From positions 1 through 61,596 of the forward strand of contig JBBSYC010000003.1 of assembly GCA_038045445.1 (NCBI GenBank): a stretch of 61,596 nucleotides of DNA, in the 5' to 3' direction. This document shows positions 35,501 to 44,200 of this stretch, piece by piece. The DNA is from Nanobdellota archaeon (lineage in GTDB: Archaea; Nanobdellota; Nanobdellia; Pacearchaeales; GW2011-AR1). A program made the position numbers and the translations under genes. Under the pieces are notes generated by a model. The model saw only the letters and a list, made by a program, of their open reading frames with translations. It was not told the origin of the DNA and made no database searches. Each line of letters begins with the position of its first letter. Within the stretch, counting starts at the first letter, position 1.

Positions 35501-36640
35501 ACCCCCTGTAGAACCCATATCAATCTGCCATAATGCAGAGTTTCCTATGTCTTTTTGTGCTCCTATCCATTCAGAATAGTCTGAAGAAATTTTGCTTTCG
35601 GGAATCACTTTAGAAGTATCATAATTAGGAACAAAAAATGTTTGAATAAGATAAGGTAAATTATGGTCTATATTTACTGCTGAAGGAGCTCCTCCAATCC
35701 AAAACTCTTTTGTCCAACGGCTTGCGCTATTTTGTGTAAACGCATTTTTTGTATAGACTAGAGTTTGAGGACTCAACCCTAATTTTAAAGCTAAATTATA
35801 TGAAAATTCTCCTAATTCTTCAGTATTGGCCGCTTCGCCAATATAACGGACTCTAATTTTATTAATCAAGGGAAAGAAGGTTGCATGATAGATTGGTCTA
35901 AATGGGCGGTATTGATTAAATCCTATATCATATGTTCTTTGAGATGAATGGTCTGCTAAAATAATGGAAGTAGCTATTGATCCTTGCATCCAATAAGTAA
36001 GGTCTCCTGCAATAAGCATATCTCTTGCCGAAACTGAACGAACTTGTGCATTACTTGTTAAATCCATGACTGCGTCAAAATTATACTGTGATTGCAACAT
36101 ATTTTGTTGGGTCAAGTATCCTTCATTATTCCCATCAAGTTGGTTTTGAAAAAATATTTGTAAGGAACTATCCGCATTCAACGAGGGAATATAAAAAGTA
36201 AGAATTGCATGCTTCACGCTTCCATCTGGCCAGCGTTGTTTAACATCTGCCTGTGTTTGTAATGGGACATTATTAAGAACTGCTTGAGGGTAGTTTGAAA
36301 TCTCTCCTTGGATAAATGGTCTTGCAGTTTGAATAGGGTAGTTTTGTATTGTTTGATGCGATTTTTCTGTGACTGTAATAAAATTAAGAGGATTATTACT
36401 TAGAAAAATTATACCTTGGTCGCCACCCCCTCCATCCAGAGATACTAAACTCGATGAATCTTCTGGGGGAGATGTCTTTACCAAGACAGAAGAATCATCT
36501 AATATTTTTCCTTTTCCATTAGAGTAAATTTTTTCAATAATAATAGATTCAATATCTGATAAATCAACCGATTTGATTAAAAGAAACAAACCAATAAAAA
36601 TTAATAATCCTAATAAAATCGCTCTCTTCATTAAAATCAT
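32579..36640 (-). CDS. giant surface protein (1353 aa), N-terminal signal anchor, C-terminal TM anchor
   Basis: A large N-terminal globular region of unknown fold, then Ig-like Thr/Ser-rich repeats. A thrombospondin-type-3-like Ca-binding motif (DSDGDGVPD) follows. Next come the Cys-rich module CGDSICSIAESCSSCSADCGSC plus a Gly/Ser linker, DGLDNDGDGLID, a TM helix and a basic tail. Confidence 0.8.
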   Translation of the reverse strand: MILMKRAILLGLLIFIGLFLLIKSVDLSDIESIIIEKIYSNGKGKILDDSSVLVKTSPPEDSSSLVSLDGGGGDQGIIFLSNNPLNFITVTEKSHQTIQNYPIQTARPFIQGEISNYPQAVLNNVPLQTQADVKQRWPDGSVKHAILTFYIPSLNADSSLQIFFQNQLDGNNEGYLTQQNMLQSQYNFDAVMDLTSNAQVRSVSARDMLIAGDLTYWMQGSIATSIILADHSSQRTYDIGFNQYRPFRPIYHATFFPLINKIRVRYIGEAANTEELGEFSYNLALKLGLSPQTLVYTKNAFTQNSASRWTKEFWIGGAPSAVNIDHNLPYLIQTFFVPNYDTSKVIPESKISSDYSEWIGAQKDIGNSALWQIDMGSTGGRRDIGPYTDWVVRWLYTGDYRSKEIASGLADLAGAWPVQFREARQGTYFLRGSTAVSALGKVISITARPNVQGRLLNGEGSDAVTYVGPATSSWVPDGAHLPDPYSVLYTLTGDYWYLEQMYFWSSWSAAKFAAGNANELRLNYFRGPSGEFGGIQDQVRGEAWVFRFRTQTAFLAPDTDTEKTYFTTLANDAIARWEGQRDIPCSTCANYPDNTRVWDWANTFGKGRWIQNGPYPETHNLGIPPLHHWASFNNLLLPGPTNPINETITTSVSATWEENMLLYALGRGKELGFATDALLTWLAPYLIGQLTNPSYDPYLTIAYMTPTAKQVSGQWYGTWHTTWGEVKNGFKSWYYNPQDSRYARNYFESNSLGDTIHGYAYIIIPGLSMITDKPGGTEAWNLANQLILTAPNNPLALQKQNENPKWLILPRISSGSSPFDYSLFITPTTQTVQQGQTTQPYILTVTSLSGIPEGVVFTAPSLPLGVTAQFTPASCTPTLTQSCTSNMVLQTSSTTPAQSYSLSVTGRSLLNNTLKQANYNLGVSQNLVLTSLNPNYIQNGVSQTVQLIGTGFSTASCDVNVNGNLASSLNYTVNCVSDQRINLTVPGSISVGTYSLSAVTLNSGAIIGTSNSLPLTVTQGSAVDSDGDGVPDTIDRCSNTPSYAVTTYGINRFNGCPIPPIYPMSTSLTTDFSNVPDLFNVENLRIGIIGKSAITFNRPINVLWRNNTGPLVAHELPIGFGEWAINITKNLIFINSTKRPIFNVSAEVTFFDTGLTNPVLYKDGVICDSSKCYILSFDTIFGDVVANVSGFSSYSVSQGSCGDSICSIAESCSSCSADCGSCQGTGGGSSGGSGGGGRTSSGPVINRVVTQCSDGLDNDGDGLIDYSADKGCFNVDDNVELDSSQLEGYSDNGEIDKINKEVSSKVNKDIRFIFWIILSTLMMGIAISLILILKHLRIHRRYVQMSKIALDKS

Positions 36641-36740
36641 AAAGAAATCTCTTTAATAAGGTTTAGCTAATGTCTTATTTGAATGACAATTACATTATAG
36701 TCATTATTAAATCATGGTGATTTTTGAAAGAAAATAAAAC

Positions 36741-37115
36741 TCAGTTTGAGACTTTACATTTAGAACAAACCCCACTCACTTCAACTTGAACATGACAAAC
36801 ATCTCCATCAAGATGTTTTTTTATAAAATCAATCTTATCCAAATGTATATGCCTTACATTACCACACTTCTCACAAATAAAATGTGAGTGAGACATCCCG
36901 CTTTTTGAATAAAGATTCTTTCTATCACAAACAAATACATGTATTGCTCTTTCTTTCTGCAGTTCATTCAAGAATCTATACACCGTAGCAATACCAATCT
37001 TCGGGTTATCTTTTCTCAATTTCTCATAAAGATCCTCTGCAGTAAAAAATTTATTCGTCTTTCCAATAGTCTCTTCAATTGCCCTCTTCTGTTTTGTCTC
37101 TCGTTTTTCTATCAT
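36741..37115 (-). CDS. Fur family metalloregulator (Zur-like)
   Basis: Winged-helix N-terminal part (IGIATVYRFL) and two CxxC pairs (CEKCG..., CSKCK). Start placed at the internal ATG (MIEKRETKQKR), which leaves the palindromic box in the intergenic region. Confidence 0.8.
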   Translation of the reverse strand: MIEKRETKQKRAIEETIGKTNKFFTAEDLYEKLRKDNPKIGIATVYRFLNELQKERAIHVFVCDRKNLYSKSGMSHSHFICEKCGNVRHIHLDKIDFIKKHLDGDVCHVQVEVSGVCSKCKVSN

Positions 37116-37129
37116 CGTGTTATTGATAA

Positions 37130-37152
37130 TGACAATCAATAAGGTTTAAATA
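37130..37152. promoter_or_regulatory. Fur/Zur-box-like palindrome between divergent fur-family and ZIP transporter genes
   Basis: TTATTGAT-AATGACA-ATCAATAA has 8-bp perfect arms. The core TGATAATGACAATCA resembles the GATAATGATAATCATTATC type consensus. Confidence 0.5.
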
Positions 37153-37174
37153 CTTTTTTTTAATTGAATGAAAA

Positions 37175-37924
37175 ATGAATGAAGCGCTTTTATACACAAT
37201 AGTCAGCGTAGCAATAGTAAGCCTAATATCTTTAGTAGGAATATTTTTCCTCTCAATAAAAAGAGAAAGACTTAACAAAATCTTAATATATCTTGTGAGC
37301 TTTGCAGCCGGAGCACTTTTAGGAGACGTTTTTATACATTTAATACCTGAATTGATAGAAGAAAATAATTTCACCATTCAAACCTCATTTCTTATTTTGG
37401 GAGGAATTTTATTATTCTTCACAATAGAAAAAATAGTCCACTGGCAACACTGCCACGTGCCTCAAAACGGAGAACACTCTCATCCCTTTGTGATAACTAA
37501 TCTTGTCGGAGATGGAGTGCACAACTTCATAGACGGATTAATCATAGGCGCAAGTTATCTTGTTAGCTTTCCAATAGGCGTGGCAACAACAATAGCAGTA
37601 ATATTCCACGAAATACCTCAAGAAATAGGAGATTTTGGAGTGCTTCTTCATGGAGGATTTACAAAATTAAAAGCTTTATTGTTTAATTTCCTTTCGGCCC
37701 TAACTGCAATAGCTGGGGGGATTATAGCAGTGACAGCATCTAGCATCATGCCATCAATAACAAACTACCTAATTCCTATTGCAATTGGGGGATTTGTCTA
37801 TATAGCTGGGTCAGATCTGATACCTGAACTCCACAAGAACTTCGAAACAAAGAAATCTGTAATAGAGATAATCTCCCTAGTTGCTGGAATAGCTGTAATG
37901 GCTCTATTGCTATTTTTAGAGTAA
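37175..37924 (+). CDS. zupT: ZIP family zinc transporter (ZupT-like)
   Basis: 249 aa and polytopic, with a His-rich loop (HWQHCHVPQNGEHSH) and the ZIP signature helices (GDGVHNFIDGL, HEIPQEIGDF). Confidence 0.85.
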   Translation: MNEALLYTIVSVAIVSLISLVGIFFLSIKRERLNKILIYLVSFAAGALLGDVFIHLIPELIEENNFTIQTSFLILGGILLFFTIEKIVHWQHCHVPQNGEHSHPFVITNLVGDGVHNFIDGLIIGASYLVSFPIGVATTIAVIFHEIPQEIGDFGVLLHGGFTKLKALLFNFLSALTAIAGGIIAVTASSIMPSITNYLIPIAIGGFVYIAGSDLIPELHKNFETKKSVIEIISLVAGIAVMALLLFLE

Positions 37925-37961
37925 AGCAAAGAGTTTTAACTTCTAAAAATCTTATGTTTAC

Positions 37962-38585
37962 ATGAATGAGCTTATTGAAAAAGTGAGGGAATTAGAAAAA
38001 TCTCATATAAATGATATTGTGAATCAAAGATTATCTGATTTTGAATCGTTCAAGTCAAAGACAGATGATGAATGGTTTTCAGAATTATGTTTCTGCATCC
38101 TAACTGCAAATGCAAAACAAAAAACGGGGGCGGCAATACAAAACCAGATAAACGCCGAGGGTTTCAAAACTCTTTCAGAAGAAACTCTTGCAAATTTAAT
38201 AAAATTAAATAAGCATAGATTCCACAATACAAAAGCAAAATATATCGTGAATGCGCGCAAATTTGCCGAAGTAAAGAAAATAATAAAAGATATGACTGAA
38301 ATAGAATCCAGAGAATGGCTCGTAAATAACATAAAGGGTCTTGGAATGAAAGAAGCCTCACATTTCATAAGAAATACTGGGGGACAAAACCTTGCAATAT
38401 TAGATAGACATATATTAAGAATATTAGCAGATAATAAAATAATAGATAAACCAAAAAAACTTAATTCACAAACTTACTTAGAAATAGAAAAAAAATTCTC
38501 AGAGTTAGCAAGCACATTAAGAATGTCTCTTGCAAAACTTGACCTATTCCTTTGGTATATGCAAACAGGGGAAGTCTTAAAATGA
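37962..38585 (+). CDS. ogg: 8-oxoguanine DNA glycosylase/lyase, archaeal Ogg2-type (HhH-GPD)
   Basis: 207 aa with a helix-hairpin-helix (IKGLGMKEASHFIRNTG) followed by catalytic Asp context (LAILDRHILR). Confidence 0.8.
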   Translation: MNELIEKVRELEKSHINDIVNQRLSDFESFKSKTDDEWFSELCFCILTANAKQKTGAAIQNQINAEGFKTLSEETLANLIKLNKHRFHNTKAKYIVNARKFAEVKKIIKDMTEIESREWLVNNIKGLGMKEASHFIRNTGGQNLAILDRHILRILADNKIIDKPKKLNSQTYLEIEKKFSELASTLRMSLAKLDLFLWYMQTGEVLK

Positions 38586-39043
38586 AAATAGGAAGCATTG
38601 TACCAGATTTTATACTTAAAGACAGACTTGATCAAGATCACCAATTATCGAAAATAAACAGAATAAAAATATTGTATTTTTATCCAAAAGATAATACTCC
38701 TGGATGTACGATAGAAGCAAAAGAATTTTCAGAAGCACTACCTAAATTTGATGAAGTAAATTCATCTATTATGGGAATCTCTGGAGGAGATAAAAAATCA
38801 AAACAAAAGTTCTGCACCGATCACAATTTAAAGCATGTTCTATTATCTGATCCGGACTTTAAGATTTCAAAAGAATATGGAGTCTATGGGGAAAAATCAT
38901 TCATGGGAAGAAAATATAGGGGGATTGAAAGAACAACGTTCATAATAGATAAAAACAACAAATTAATTCATGTTTTTGAAAAAGTAAAATCGTTAGGACA
39001 TGCAAAAGAAGTCTTAAATTATATAATTTTAGAGATACCATGA
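38582..39043 (+). CDS. bcp: peroxiredoxin, Bcp/PrxQ type
   Basis: Start at ATG 38582, an ATGA overlap with the ogg stop. The peroxidatic Cys motif is FYPKDNTPGCTIEA. Confidence 0.8.
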   Translation: MKIGSIVPDFILKDRLDQDHQLSKINRIKILYFYPKDNTPGCTIEAKEFSEALPKFDEVNSSIMGISGGDKKSKQKFCTDHNLKHVLLSDPDFKISKEYGVYGEKSFMGRKYRGIERTTFIIDKNNKLIHVFEKVKSLGHAKEVLNYIILEIP

Positions 39044-39339
39044 ATTTCAACGAAAAATGTTATGAAATATTAAAGACAATTCCTAAAGGTAAAGTAACCA
39101 CCTACAAATTAATAGCAAAAAAATTAAATTCCAAGGCCTATCGAGCAGTAGGCAATGCAATGAACAAAAACCCCTATGATACTAACATCTATCCCTGCCA
39201 CAGAGTCATAAGCTCTTCTGGAAAGATAGGCGGATATGCTCAAGGAACAGAAGCAAAAATAAAGCGCTTAAAATCAGAAGGAATACAAATAAAAGATAAT
39301 GAGATTGACATAAGCAAGTATGGGTTTAAGTTCATTTAA
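39040..39339 (+). CDS. ogt: methylated-DNA--protein-cysteine methyltransferase (DNA-binding/active-site domain only)
   Basis: 99 aa with active-site motif PCHRV. Overlaps the bcp stop (ATGA). Confidence 0.85.
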   Translation: MNFNEKCYEILKTIPKGKVTTYKLIAKKLNSKAYRAVGNAMNKNPYDTNIYPCHRVISSSGKIGGYAQGTEAKIKRLKSEGIQIKDNEIDISKYGFKFI

Positions 39340-39376
39340 AGCAAACGCTTAAAATACCATTTTTAATTATGTTATC

Positions 39377-40552
39377 ATGATAATAGGTTTGTTAGGAAAA
39401 CCCAACGTAGGAAAAAGCACTTTCTTCAAAGCAGCAACGCTTTCAGATGTTCTTATAGCAAACTATCCTTTCGCAACAATCAAACCAAATCACGGCATGG
39501 CATATGTTAAAATTCATGACCTTGCAGCAGATTTTGGAAAAGTCTCAAATCCAAGACAAGGATACGTTAGAGAAGGATGGAGATTTGTTCCAATTGATTT
39601 ATTTGATGTAGCTGGTCTAGTAGAAGGAGCGTCAGAAGGAAAAGGCCTCGGAAATCAATTTCTAGATGATTTAGCAGGAGTAGATGCATTCATCCATGTA
39701 GTTGATATGTCTGGAGAAACAGATGCAGAAGGAAAACCCATAATAAATTATGATCCATCAAAAGATATAACCATAATAGAGAAAGAACTTGACCTTTGGT
39801 ATCTTGGAGTACTTAAAAGAGCATGGGTAACTCTTATGAAATCTATGGAAATGCAAAAATCACAATTCGCAAAAACAGTGGCGAAGCAATTTTCGGGACT
39901 CAAAGTAACTGAAGATGATGTTAATCATATTGTGCTTCATGAAAAACTGGACATAATAAGACCCTCGACATGGGATGACAAAACCCTATTCAATTTTGCA
40001 AGAGCTCTCAGAATTTACACAAAACCAATGATAATTGCAGCTAATAAAGTTGACAGACCAAATGGAATACCTAACTTCAAAAAAATTAAAGAAAACTTCA
40101 GTTATCCAATAATACCTTGTTTTGCAGATGGAGAACTTAGTTTGAGACAGGCAGACAAAGCAGGTATAATAAAATACATCCCTGGAGAAAAAGACTTTCA
40201 GGCAGTTGGAAACTTAAACGAAGCTCAAAAAAGTGCTCTAGAAACAATAAGAAAAATAATTAAAGAATTTGGTAACACCGGCGTTCAAGAAGTTTTGAAC
40301 CACATCGTATTCAATATCTTGAAATACGTTGCAGTATTCCCCGCAGGATCAAAAATGGAAGACAGCAAAGGTAATGTTCTTCCAGACTGCTTTCTCATGC
40401 CCCCAAATTCAACAGCCCTTGATTTTGCTTATAAGTTACACACAGATATAGGAAACAAGTTTGTGAAGGCAATAAATCTTAAGACAAAACAGGCAGTAGG
40501 TAAAGATTATATTATAAAACACTTAGATGGGTTAGAGATACTAACAAGATGA
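39377..40552 (+). CDS. YchF/OLA1-like P-loop GTPase with C-terminal TGS domain
   Basis: G1 motif GLLGKPNVGKST, G3 motif DVAGLV and G4 motif NKVD. The C-terminal beta-grasp-like segment is GKDYIIKHLDGLEI. Confidence 0.8.
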   Translation: MIIGLLGKPNVGKSTFFKAATLSDVLIANYPFATIKPNHGMAYVKIHDLAADFGKVSNPRQGYVREGWRFVPIDLFDVAGLVEGASEGKGLGNQFLDDLAGVDAFIHVVDMSGETDAEGKPIINYDPSKDITIIEKELDLWYLGVLKRAWVTLMKSMEMQKSQFAKTVAKQFSGLKVTEDDVNHIVLHEKLDIIRPSTWDDKTLFNFARALRIYTKPMIIAANKVDRPNGIPNFKKIKENFSYPIIPCFADGELSLRQADKAGIIKYIPGEKDFQAVGNLNEAQKSALETIRKIIKEFGNTGVQEVLNHIVFNILKYVAVFPAGSKMEDSKGNVLPDCFLMPPNSTALDFAYKLHTDIGNKFVKAINLKTKQAVGKDYIIKHLDGLEILTR

Positions 40553-40776
40553 TCATTAAAGTAAAAGTAAAGCCAAACGCATCAAATAATAAGATAGAAA
40601 AACTATCTGAAAATAATTATTATATATCTACAACAGAAAAAGCAGAATCAGGAAAAGCCAACACCTCAATAATTAAACTGTTATCAAAAGAGTTTAATAC
40701 AAATTACAAAAACATCAAAATAAAAAATCCAACAAGTAGAAACAAGATAATAAGCATCAAAAATATCAACCTTTAA
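40549..40776 (+). CDS. DUF167 (YggU-like) protein
   Basis: 75 aa showing the VKVKPNASNNKI...SGKANTSIIKLLSKEF pattern of DUF167. Overlaps the previous stop by 4 nt. Confidence 0.6.
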   Translation: MIIKVKVKPNASNNKIEKLSENNYYISTTEKAESGKANTSIIKLLSKEFNTNYKNIKIKNPTSRNKIISIKNINL

Positions 40777-40800
40777 ATAAGAATTAACCAAATTAATAAA

Positions 40801-41178
40801 ATGAGGTATGATTACGCTCCAGACTTGAAAGCAAGACTTGCAGAAATAGTCAAAACGCTTGAAATGAGCCATATAGACTTGAACAGAGTAGAATGTCTTA
40901 GAAGCTTTGGCTCAAGCACCAAAAGAACAATTGCAAGATGCCATACAATAGGCAAAGTAATGCAAAAAGGAATGAAAACTCCTGCATTCTACACAATAGA
41001 ATTTTTAGAAAAATTTAACAAATTAAACAAAACAGAACAAGACAAGGTCATAATCCACGAACTTTTGCACATACCCAAAACTTTTGGTGGTGGCTTTAGG
41101 CAACACGATTTCGTTTGTGAAGAAAATATTGACAAACTTTATAAGAATCTTAACTCTTTAAATAAGTTTTTCATTTAA
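40801..41178 (+). CDS. predicted zinc metallopeptidase (HExxH)
   Basis: 125 aa with HELLH followed by IPKTFGGGFRQHD. It resembles the small archaeal predicted-metallopeptidase family. Confidence 0.55.
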   Translation: MRYDYAPDLKARLAEIVKTLEMSHIDLNRVECLRSFGSSTKRTIARCHTIGKVMQKGMKTPAFYTIEFLEKFNKLNKTEQDKVIIHELLHIPKTFGGGFRQHDFVCEENIDKLYKNLNSLNKFFI

Positions 41179-41294
41179 TTTAATGTAAGAGAACCAATTA
41201 AACACAACTGGAAATCCTTATAAACAAACAATCACTTAAAAAAGCATAAATTTAGTGTCTCTTTTTTGTAAGAGAACTAAGTTTATATTAAAAA

Positions 41295-44200
41295 GTGGTG
41301 CACAAAAAATATACTTACAAGGATGGAAAACGTTTCGGACCCTATTATTACGAAACAAAAAGAATAAATGGAAAGGTAGTAACAACATACTTAGGTCCAG
41401 AACACAAAAATAATTTTTTCTCTGAATATAAGGCTCTTTTAATAATCTATATTTTATCTTTTACCATAGCCCTTTCCTCAGTTCCTATGAGCTTTACAGG
41501 CTACGCCTCTTTAGACATAAAGGCACAATATAATTTAGGAGAACAAATAGAAGGGGAGATTAACTTGAATATCTTAGAAGGAGAACTCATCCCCGCAGAT
41601 TCATTAATAACTATTACTTACGAAAACATCTCAAAGGAAATAATCCTCTCGGATATTGTAGAAGAATCTCCTGTGAATGGGTCATTTTACGCAAAAGATA
41701 TAGTGTTGTCTGGAGAAGGTATTGGATACGGCCTGATAGGTAAAATAAAAGAACACCCTTACGTAGATTTTAAAGTAAGTATTTTAGATAAAAAAGAAAC
41801 TAATGATAATAAGATTACATCTGAAGAACCAAACATTAACTCTGAAGAAAATGGAATCCCAGAAGAACCTGAAACCATTGAAGAAACAAACGAAGAAAAT
41901 AATGAGACAAACACAGAAAATAAAGAAGAAACAAACAATCAAGAAGAATCAAATCTTCAAAATGAAGAGGAAACAGTAATCAATGAAGCAAACACAGAAA
42001 GTGAAGAACAAAACGAACAAGCTGAAGAACAAACAACAATAACTGGGTCTTCTATTTCAGAACAATATATTTCAGGAAAAACTTCAAAAGATGAACCATT
42101 TAAATACATAATAAATGAAGATGAAACTGCAGAAATAGTGCCAGATAGTGTTTACTATAACAGTAAGCAATTAAGCGATGATGAAATAAAATTAAAAATA
42201 AACAACAACGAGATAACTGTCTCAACAAATTATTATATTGAAAACGAGGGATATGGTGAAAAGTATCTTGGCAAAAATGACAAAAGATTATCAATAGATA
42301 TTTCGAAATTGGAGCTAATAGCAACAGAAAGTTCAGAAATTTCTGTAACAATAATGTATAAAAACGAAAAAATATTGGAAGCGCACAAAGACATAGAGGT
42401 AATTAAACCTAAAAATGAAAGCATAGAAGAAAAAACTCCAGAAATTGAGTTGAATATCTCTCAAATAAACGAATCTGAAATAGAAAACATAACTAAAATA
42501 AACCAAAGCATAGGAAATCTAACTGAAAACAATATAACTCTGCAGAATATAACCAATTTTACAGAAATAGCGATAAATGAAACGACCGTAAATGTAACTC
42601 AATTTACTGCAGTAATAGGGCAACCAGTTCGTTGGATAAAAACCATAGCAATAGACTTGAATGAAAGTGTAAATCTTGTAGTCGAAATCCCTATAGAAGC
42701 TGAAAATATAACTCTTGATAAAATAGACTTGAATGAATACGCGGAAATAAAAGGCATATCAATAGAAGATTTAGAAATAACAGAATCAGAAATTCCAACA
42801 GAACAACCCCAAGTTGAAAACATCACTGCAAGGATAACTGGAAGCGCTTCTGCAAATATTGACCTTAACAATGATTTATTATATAAAATATTAAGATTTC
42901 TAAGGTTAACTGGAAAAGTTATAGATGAAAACCAAAAAGAGAAAGTCCAAGAAGTTTCAATAGAGCTAAATAAAACAGACTTCGGAGTCGAAGTAGAATA
43001 TTACACCGAAGCGCCTCAAGCAACAGAAGAAATTTCAAGCTCAACAAGTAAAAAAGTTCTTGTATCCAGTCCAGAAAACTTACACTATGAAAATGTCCTT
43101 ATATTTACAAACATTTCAGATAATCTAAGATTAACAGACCAATCAAATATCATTATAGAATGGATAGAAAACAACTCAAGGTTAGAGATATTTTCAATAA
43201 ATGACTCAAACAATGATGGAAACTACGACTATGTCCAATGGATTGCACCTCACTTAAGCAACCAATCATTTAACATAATAGTCATAATAAACGCACAGCA
43301 TCTCAATCAAACAAGAGAATTCATATCAAACATTTATAATGAAACAAAAGAATTAGATAATATTTGGAGCGAAACAATTCCAAACGGACATTATGTAAGA
43401 GTCACCTTTGAAAGAAATCTTACTTCTGAGAAAGATATCACTGTTTATCCAAGAGCCTCAAATGGAACAAATATCTCTGAAGTTTCAATAAAAATATATG
43501 TAAAGAATTCAAATGAAACAATAGCAGAGTTCAGCAATCTGGCAGAGAACTCCTATAATAAAGTTCTGCTCACAAACCTAAACCAATCGCAAGATACATT
43601 CGATTTAGAAATTGTTAATGGTAATTTAGAATTTGACCATATAATAGACCCAAATCAAGGTCCAGATGTATTCAATTTAACATCTCCAATTAATGGCTCT
43701 TCTACGACAATAAGAAGCGTAAACATATCTATGTTCATAAATGATACTGATGGAGCTGTTGCAGGCAGTTCGGGAAACAACTCTCTGTTCTATATAGATA
43801 CTTCAACCACATTTACAAATGAACACTTAGTTTATGTCGATGATGAATTCAGCTTCCCAAGAGATTCTTATTTTAATTATAGCATACCCCCTCTAAAATA
43901 TGATCCAACTGGAATGATTATTTTGTATCACTTCGACAATAACTCCCATTATAATGAAAATAAAACAAGAGTAACAGACTTTGCAACGGGCAAGTTTAAC
44001 GGCACAGTGACAAGTGCAGAAGGAGAGAGACAAAAAAGCATTACTGGCGTAGGTAGAGCCTTAAGAACAAATTTCAGCCAAATAATTACTATTCCTGACG
44101 ACCCTCTGTTGAATTCCCCCTTTTACACTGGACAGATTACTATAGCATTTTGGTTTAATTTAACCACTAACGAAACAATAAATAACTTCCCAGCAGTACT

